NCBI GenBank assembly: GCA_964570075.1
Contig: CAZMWF010000122.1
Span: 1-52,507, forward strand
Direction of reading: 5' to 3'
DNA length: 52,507 nt
From: an uncultured Syntrophaceae bacterium
GTDB taxonomy: Bacteria; Desulfobacterota; BSN033; UBA1163
Shown: piece by piece, positions 47,256 through 52,507 of the stretch
Position numbering within the stretch: position 1 is the first letter of the stretch
Layout: every line of letters starts with the position of its first letter
Notes under the pieces: generated by a model
Told to the model about the DNA's origin: nothing
What the model saw: only the letters and a program-made list of their open reading frames with translations
Database searches by the model: none
Translations under genes and position numbers: made by a program

Positions 47256-49403
47256 GTGAATATCTTGGCCCTTCCTGCTGCCTTAGCCTTTACAATGAAT
47301 TTAACCCTCTGTCTCATCGTTCTTTCCAGTAAACCCAAAGACCTCACTCACAGACTCTTTGCTGGCTTTGTGCTGTCGTTTGCCACCTGGAATTTGGGTG
47401 AGCTCATCATGATCAATAGTACCCATCCTTCTTATGCCATCTTTGGGGTCAAGATTATCTTTGTAGGTTTAACCCTTGCTCCTTTTTTCTTCTTACAATT
47501 TTCTTTTGTTTTCCCTTTCCCACGAGAAACGGGGTGGCGAAAGGGGTGGAGACGAGGGATTCTCTTTCTCATTCCCGTAGCCCTTTTAACTACCTTTTTT
47601 CTGATCTTTCGGATCGATATTGAGAAGTTTAAAGAATTACGAAATGTGTTCTACTATGGTTTACGTTTTGAAGAACCTCTGGTCTTTTTGGTCTTCTTTG
47701 GATTGATCACCCTCTTTTCAGCCCTCTGCATCTATTGGGGGATCAGGAATCTCATTCACTCGTTCCGCTCTACTCGAATTCCACAATACCGCCTCCAGAT
47801 TAAATACCTGATCTTCGGGATCCTTTCCATGGCCTTGGCAGGAACGATCATTAACCTCGCCAATTATTTTTTAAAATTGGGTTGGCCCGTCTTTTTCTTG
47901 GCAAGCCTCTATTCCATTTTGGTGAGCCTCTTCTTTGCGATTGCGCTCATTAAATATCGACTGTTAGATATCCACCTCCTTATCCGTGGGGGGCTTCTTT
48001 ATTCGGCCGTCTCAGGGTTCGTTTTAGCCATCTATATTCTCATTATCAAAAATATTGGAGAGACGATCTCTCATCGGGCCTATGGAAAGTCACTTTTTGT
48101 AGAGTCTGCTCTTATTCTCCTCTTGGTCTTCATCTTTCGACCTGTGCAGAGGAGGGTGGCGGATTGGATCGATCACTTCTTCTACATGGACAGGATAAGA
48201 TTTCGAACCAAATTGACAGAATTTGGTCGGACCCTTACCGAGTTGTTAGACCTTAAGGAGATTGTCCGAGTGACCTGTGAGACAATCCAGGAGACTTTTC
48301 ATCTGGATAGGGTCCTTTTCTATCTTCTGGATGAAAGAGAAGAATTTAGACCGATCCATGGGACCTTTCAGGAAAAAGAGAAAAAGTATTCTCCCGAGAG
48401 CCCATGGGTCAACCACCTGGCCTCTATCAAAAGGGCTGTGGATCTGAGACATCTCCTTGAGAAAGAAGGGAACATCGAAGAGGTGGAAGAATTGATCGAG
48501 GAAGGATGGCTGGTTGGAGTTCCTATCTTTTTAAAGGAAAGGATCCAGGGATTTCTTCTCTTAGGAGAAAAGAAATCCCAGAAGGAGTATACCACTGAAG
48601 AATTAGAGCTCCTGGAGGCGTTTTCTAATCAGGTAGCCCTTGGGATTTCAAGAGCCCTTATCTATCGGGACATGAGTTTAAAAGATCGGGAGATTATGCA
48701 GGCTGAAAAGATGGTTGCCATTGGAGAGCTTGCCTCGGGAATCGCCCACGAGATCCGAAATCCATTAGGAATCATTACAGCCTCAGCCGAGACCCTTCGG
48801 AAATACAAGGACGAGAAGATTCAAAAAGAGATGACCGATTATATCCTTGAGGAATCCCAGCGAATCAATCAATTGATCAATCAATTCTTGGACCTTGCTC
48901 GGCCCAAGGAGAGAAAATGGGAGAGGTGTGATCTTCGAGAGATTTTGGAGAAGACCCTTCTTCTCCTTTCCCCTCAGGCTCATCGCCTGGGCGTAAAGGT
49001 AGAACAGGAGGTACCCAAAGATCCTCTCTTTCTGATGATTGATCCAGACCAGATCAGACAGGCCTTTATGAATATTGGGGTCAATGCCCTGGAGGCGATG
49101 CCCGATGGAGGGACTCTCAGGATCAAAATATGGGAAAATGGTAAGGGAAAAGTGATTATCCAGTTCAGTGATACAGGGAAAGGAATTCCAAAAGAGATTC
49201 GCGGGAGAATTTTTGATCCCTTCTTTACAACCAAAGAAAGGGGAACCGGTTTAGGACTTCCCATTGCTCAGAGAATCGTCATCGAACATGGAGGGGAGAT
49301 CAACGTAGAGGGGGAAGAGAAAGGAGGCACCACCTTTACGATTAGCCTACCTATCAGAGAGGTCCAAAAGGATGAAGAAAACCATTCTCATCGCAGAGGA
49401 TGA
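47256..49403 (+). CDS. Membrane sensor histidine kinase (multi-TM N-terminus, GAF, HisKA, HATPase)
   Basis: 715 aa with about 7 N-terminal TM helices, H-box GIAHEIRNPL, DTGKGI and GTGLGLPIA. GTG start after AAGGAAAGGA. Confidence 0.9.
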   Translation: MNILALPAALAFTMNLTLCLIVLSSKPKDLTHRLFAGFVLSFATWNLGELIMINSTHPSYAIFGVKIIFVGLTLAPFFFLQFSFVFPFPRETGWRKGWRRGILFLIPVALLTTFFLIFRIDIEKFKELRNVFYYGLRFEEPLVFLVFFGLITLFSALCIYWGIRNLIHSFRSTRIPQYRLQIKYLIFGILSMALAGTIINLANYFLKLGWPVFFLASLYSILVSLFFAIALIKYRLLDIHLLIRGGLLYSAVSGFVLAIYILIIKNIGETISHRAYGKSLFVESALILLLVFIFRPVQRRVADWIDHFFYMDRIRFRTKLTEFGRTLTELLDLKEIVRVTCETIQETFHLDRVLFYLLDEREEFRPIHGTFQEKEKKYSPESPWVNHLASIKRAVDLRHLLEKEGNIEEVEELIEEGWLVGVPIFLKERIQGFLLLGEKKSQKEYTTEELELLEAFSNQVALGISRALIYRDMSLKDREIMQAEKMVAIGELASGIAHEIRNPLGIITASAETLRKYKDEKIQKEMTDYILEESQRINQLINQFLDLARPKERKWERCDLREILEKTLLLLSPQAHRLGVKVEQEVPKDPLFLMIDPDQIRQAFMNIGVNALEAMPDGGTLRIKIWENGKGKVIIQFSDTGKGIPKEIRGRIFDPFFTTKERGTGLGLPIAQRIVIEHGGEINVEGEEKGGTTFTISLPIREVQKDEENHSHRRG

Positions 49404-50814
49404 GGAAAGGATGAGGCGTATCCTGGAAGTCAATCTCCAGGATCGATACCATCTCCTGATGGCGAAGGATGGGGAAGAAGCCCTTCAAATAGTCAAAGAT
49501 AAAGAGAAGGAGATTCATCTCCTGCTCACCGATTTAAGAATGCCCCAGTTGGATGGACTCACCCTTCTCAGGGAGACAAAACAGATTCGACCCGAATTAC
49601 CGGTGGTCCTCTTTACGGCCTATGGAACGGTAGAATCGGCGGTCCATGCGATGAAGGAAGGGGCCTTCGATTATCTGCTTAAACCCATCAAAATGGAAGA
49701 GGTGGAATTGGTCATCGAGAGGGCTCTCCTTCAAACGAGCCTCCTCAGCGAGATCCGTCACCTCAAAGAGGAGATCAAAACCCTCTACGGGGTTGATCAT
49801 ATCATTACCCAGGATCCTAAGATGTTAGAAATCTTAGGGATGATTCGACAGGTCGCCGACAGCAAGGCCACCATCCTTCTGGAAGGGGAGAGTGGTACGG
49901 GAAAAGAATTGGTGGCACGCGCCATCCATCTTAACAGTCAAAGGGCTGGATATCCCTTTATTCCGATCAATTGTTCGGCCATTCCAAAAGACCTCCTCGA
50001 AAGCGAACTCTTCGGCCACGAGAAAGGGGCCTTTACGGGGGCAGCCAAGAGGAAGATCGGAAGTTTTGAATTGGCTCATCAGGGGACTCTCTTTCTGGAT
50101 GAAATAGGGGAGATGCCCAAAGAGCTTCAGGTCAAGATTTTAAGGGCGATTGAAGGATATCGGTTTATGAGAGTAGGTGGAACAGAGGAGATCGATGTAG
50201 ATGTGCGGGTCATTACAGCCACCCATCGAGATTTAAAAAGTCTGGTGGAGTCAGGAGAGTTTCGAGAAGATCTTTACTATCGATTAAATGTGATTTCCTT
50301 CAAACTTCCTCCATTGAGGGAACGAAAAAGGGATATCCCTCTTTTGGTCTCCCACTTTCTCGAGAAATATCGAAAGGAGGCAAAAGGAAGGGTGATGGAG
50401 ATCTCTGAGAGGGCCCTCAAGGCACTGGAACAGTATAGCTGGCCAGGAAATGTAAGAGAACTGGAGAACTGTATTCTGAGAGCGATGCTTTTGGCCCGTT
50501 CTCATCGGATTGAATTGGGAGATCTCCCAGCGGAGATTAGAGGAGAGAGGGTGGAGGGACTCCCCACCGTTCCAAAGGATTATGAAGAGTTGAAGAGGAT
50601 GAAAAAATACCTCAAGAAAAAGGCCGAGGAGGAGGTCGAGCGAGCATTCCTGAGAGAGGCTTTGATTCGAAATCGAGGGAATGTCTCAAAGACAGCGTTG
50701 GATGTCAAAATGGACCGAAGACAGCTTCAAAACTTGATCCAAAAACATCGAATCAATGTCAGGGAGTTCAAGACCCTGACTATTTTTAATCCAAAAGGGT
50801 CGATCGATTCTTAA
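49372..50814 (+). CDS. Sigma-54-dependent response regulator (NtrC family)
   Basis: REC domain (ILIAEDEE, LTDLRMPQLDG), Walker A GESGTGKE, ESELFGHEKGAFTGA and a C-terminal HTH. It overlaps the kinase gene by 32 nt. Confidence 0.9.
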   Translation: MKKTILIAEDEERMRRILEVNLQDRYHLLMAKDGEEALQIVKDKEKEIHLLLTDLRMPQLDGLTLLRETKQIRPELPVVLFTAYGTVESAVHAMKEGAFDYLLKPIKMEEVELVIERALLQTSLLSEIRHLKEEIKTLYGVDHIITQDPKMLEILGMIRQVADSKATILLEGESGTGKELVARAIHLNSQRAGYPFIPINCSAIPKDLLESELFGHEKGAFTGAAKRKIGSFELAHQGTLFLDEIGEMPKELQVKILRAIEGYRFMRVGGTEEIDVDVRVITATHRDLKSLVESGEFREDLYYRLNVISFKLPPLRERKRDIPLLVSHFLEKYRKEAKGRVMEISERALKALEQYSWPGNVRELENCILRAMLLARSHRIELGDLPAEIRGERVEGLPTVPKDYEELKRMKKYLKKKAEEEVERAFLREALIRNRGNVSKTALDVKMDRRQLQNLIQKHRINVREFKTLTIFNPKGSIDS

Positions 50815-50838
50815 TCTTTTTCTATTCGAGAGAGCTTC

Positions 50839-52507
50839 ATGGTTTCGCCCAAAAGAGTTCCTCTTGTTTTCACCCTCTCCACCCTGTTGGTAGTTTTCAT
50901 ATACCGCCTCCAACTCACCCTTGGCCTTTTTAAGAATCCAGTTAAACCTTTTGATTATCATCCCACCATGGATTCCTTTCCTTTTGTCCTTTCTCTCCTC
51001 CTTTATGACTTTCCGCTTCTCCTTTTCGGTTTTCTTCTTTCCTGGGCCATCTCACCCCTTTGGATGAGAGGTTCACGAAGGAAAGGGGGATGGATCCTAA
51101 TCGGTTTGGGACTCATTTTCATTCACGTCCTTCTGGTTTCTTTTCTTCTGATTCACGGAGCTCATCTCCGATTGCTCTTTGAGGCTCAAACAGGTCTAAG
51201 CCTCTGGATCCTTCGGGAAGCCTTCTTGAATGTTTCTTTTACTGAACTTCTCCGATTTATTCATCTTAGAGACCTTCCCTTTCTGGTGGTCCCCTTTTTC
51301 GTGTTTTGGGGTCTTTTTTTCTCTCCTTTCTCGGTTTGGAAGTGGGTTAGGGGAATCTCTTTAGGTGGGATGGTCCTTCTCTTTATGGGTTCTTTACTCG
51401 TGTCTTTACTCCCTCCTCAGAAACCCGTTTCTCCCTTAGAGATTCGCCTCAATCCGGTCTTTTTTCTTTTCTATGATCTTCTGAAAGAGGAGGGTCAGAT
51501 CTCCCATCTCAATGAAAGAACAGAAGAGATTCAAAAAAAATCGACTTTCATGATTCAAGACAAAGGAGCTGAGAGTTCTTTCAAGCCTGTCCGGCTTTTC
51601 CCACCCAGGAAAGAGCATCCTTGGAATATGGTCATCTTTGTTATGGAATCTGTGGGAACTCGATATATCTTTGACCAAAGGGATGGGAATCCCATGCCCA
51701 TGCCTTTTTTCTATCAACTCACCAAGGAAGGGTGGTATCTTAAAAAACATTTTACCCCCTCCAATATTAGCACGAAGGCCCTCTTTTCCATCCTGAGCGG
51801 TCTTTATGATTTTTTTCGCCAAGAAAACTTTGGAACCCGATCCGATGCTACTGTCCCTTCGCTTCAAAAGTTTTTAGGGGAAGGATACGATGCCTTTCTG
51901 GTAACCCCATCCCCCATCCCGTGGTATTTCCCTGAAGCCTTTGTAAGAAATAATGGTCTCAAGGAGATTCATCATTTTGGAAATCTCAATTTTAAAGTCA
52001 GAGAAGAGAAACACGCCCTGGGGCGTTATCTTGGAAGAGATGAGGTCGAGACCTTTGACTTTTTTATCCAGAGAGTGAAGAAAGGGAAAGAACCTTTTTT
52101 AGGGATTTATATCAGTTTTGTAGCCCATCTTCCCTATTTTGATTATGGCGAGGCATTTCGAATTAGAGAGTTGGATGGTAAAATGATAACTCGATATTAT
52201 AATAATCTTTACCTATTGGATCGACTTATCCAAAAGATGGTCGAGGCCTTAAAAGAAACGGGATTATTAGAGCGGACCATCTTGGTCATCCTGGGGGATC
52301 ATGGCCAGGCCTTCGGCCAGCACCACCCAGATAATTTTATGCATCATCGTTACAGTTATAATGAGAATCTTGAGACCCCTGCGTTTCTTTATCAGCCCGT
52401 TTTATTTCCGCCGAGGGAGATCGAATTTCCAACCAGTCATATCGATCTCCTGCCCACCCTGTTGGAGTCTTTGGGAATTTCACATGATCCCTCTCTTTTT
52501 GATGGAG
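50839..52507 (+). CDS. Sulfatase/LTA-synthase-family membrane protein (3' end beyond the window)
   Basis: This ORF is open to the window end and is not in the supplied track. From ATG 50839 it reads MVSPKRVPLVFTLSTLLVVF..., with 4-5 N-terminal TM helices followed by a sulfatase-like domain (NMVIFVMESVG, LVILGDHGQAFG). Confidence 0.75.
   Translation, partial: MVSPKRVPLVFTLSTLLVVFIYRLQLTLGLFKNPVKPFDYHPTMDSFPFVLSLLLYDFPLLLFGFLLSWAISPLWMRGSRRKGGWILIGLGLIFIHVLLVSFLLIHGAHLRLLFEAQTGLSLWILREAFLNVSFTELLRFIHLRDLPFLVVPFFVFWGLFFSPFSVWKWVRGISLGGMVLLFMGSLLVSLLPPQKPVSPLEIRLNPVFFLFYDLLKEEGQISHLNERTEEIQKKSTFMIQDKGAESSFKPVRLFPPRKEHPWNMVIFVMESVGTRYIFDQRDGNPMPMPFFYQLTKEGWYLKKHFTPSNISTKALFSILSGLYDFFRQENFGTRSDATVPSLQKFLGEGYDAFLVTPSPIPWYFPEAFVRNNGLKEIHHFGNLNFKVREEKHALGRYLGRDEVETFDFFIQRVKKGKEPFLGIYISFVAHLPYFDYGEAFRIRELDGKMITRYYNNLYLLDRLIQKMVEALKETGLLERTILVILGDHGQAFGQHHPDNFMHHRYSYNENLETPAFLYQPVLFPPREIEFPTSHIDLLPTLLESLGISHDPSLFDG

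Noticed and set aside
51436-51867. 143-aa minus-strand ORF
   Set aside because: It is antisense to the long open + strand frame (50839 to the window end), which has clear sulfatase/LTA-synthase-like features.

Overview
This 52.5-kb bacterial chromosomal window is densely coded and mostly housekeeping. I call about 47 CDSs. On the + strand: an EamA transporter, a cold-shock protein, a heterodimeric ABC exporter pair, lon, a MEMO-like protein, yjbQ, a PPP phosphatase, a HAD hydrolase, an MFS transporter, two sigma-54 response regulators, two GAF histidine kinases, an 11-haem cytochrome c with a cytochrome b, an M48/TPR protease and a sulfatase-family protein. A long minus-strand run carries an acyltransferase, gmhA, DHS-like, Cys-rich and GalT-like proteins, ppx, ftsH, folP, glmM, pdxJ, acpS, nnr, an eRF1-like protein, a BFN nuclease, tsaE, lysC, cimA, comEA, pfkA and a cytochrome c/CopD/b5 fusion. 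An ECF transporter operon is also on the minus strand. I found no rRNA, tRNA, CRISPR array, prophage, integrase, transposase, restriction-modification or toxin-antitoxin module, so there is no recognisable defence island. The strongest signal not explained by genes is a family of about 235-bp non-coding elements. It has four full-length copies (one cut by the window start), two internally deleted copies of about 120 bp, and one solo end. The copies have GTAA-type inverted termini and perfect 8-bp target-site duplications, so this is a MITE family, possibly IS66-derived. The copies sit a few bp upstream of sigma-70-like -35 hexamers. Wherever orientation is informative, the same end faces a co-oriented downstream gene. 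Secondary observations are a near-consensus sigma-54 promoter in front of the multihaem cytochrome operon, an eRF1-like (GGWSQ) protein paired with a BFN nuclease, a terminator with a C-rich loop, an 8-mer tandem repeat inside a 20-bp inverted repeat, and two promoters that look leaderless. All functional calls come from motifs read by eye. No database search was run.
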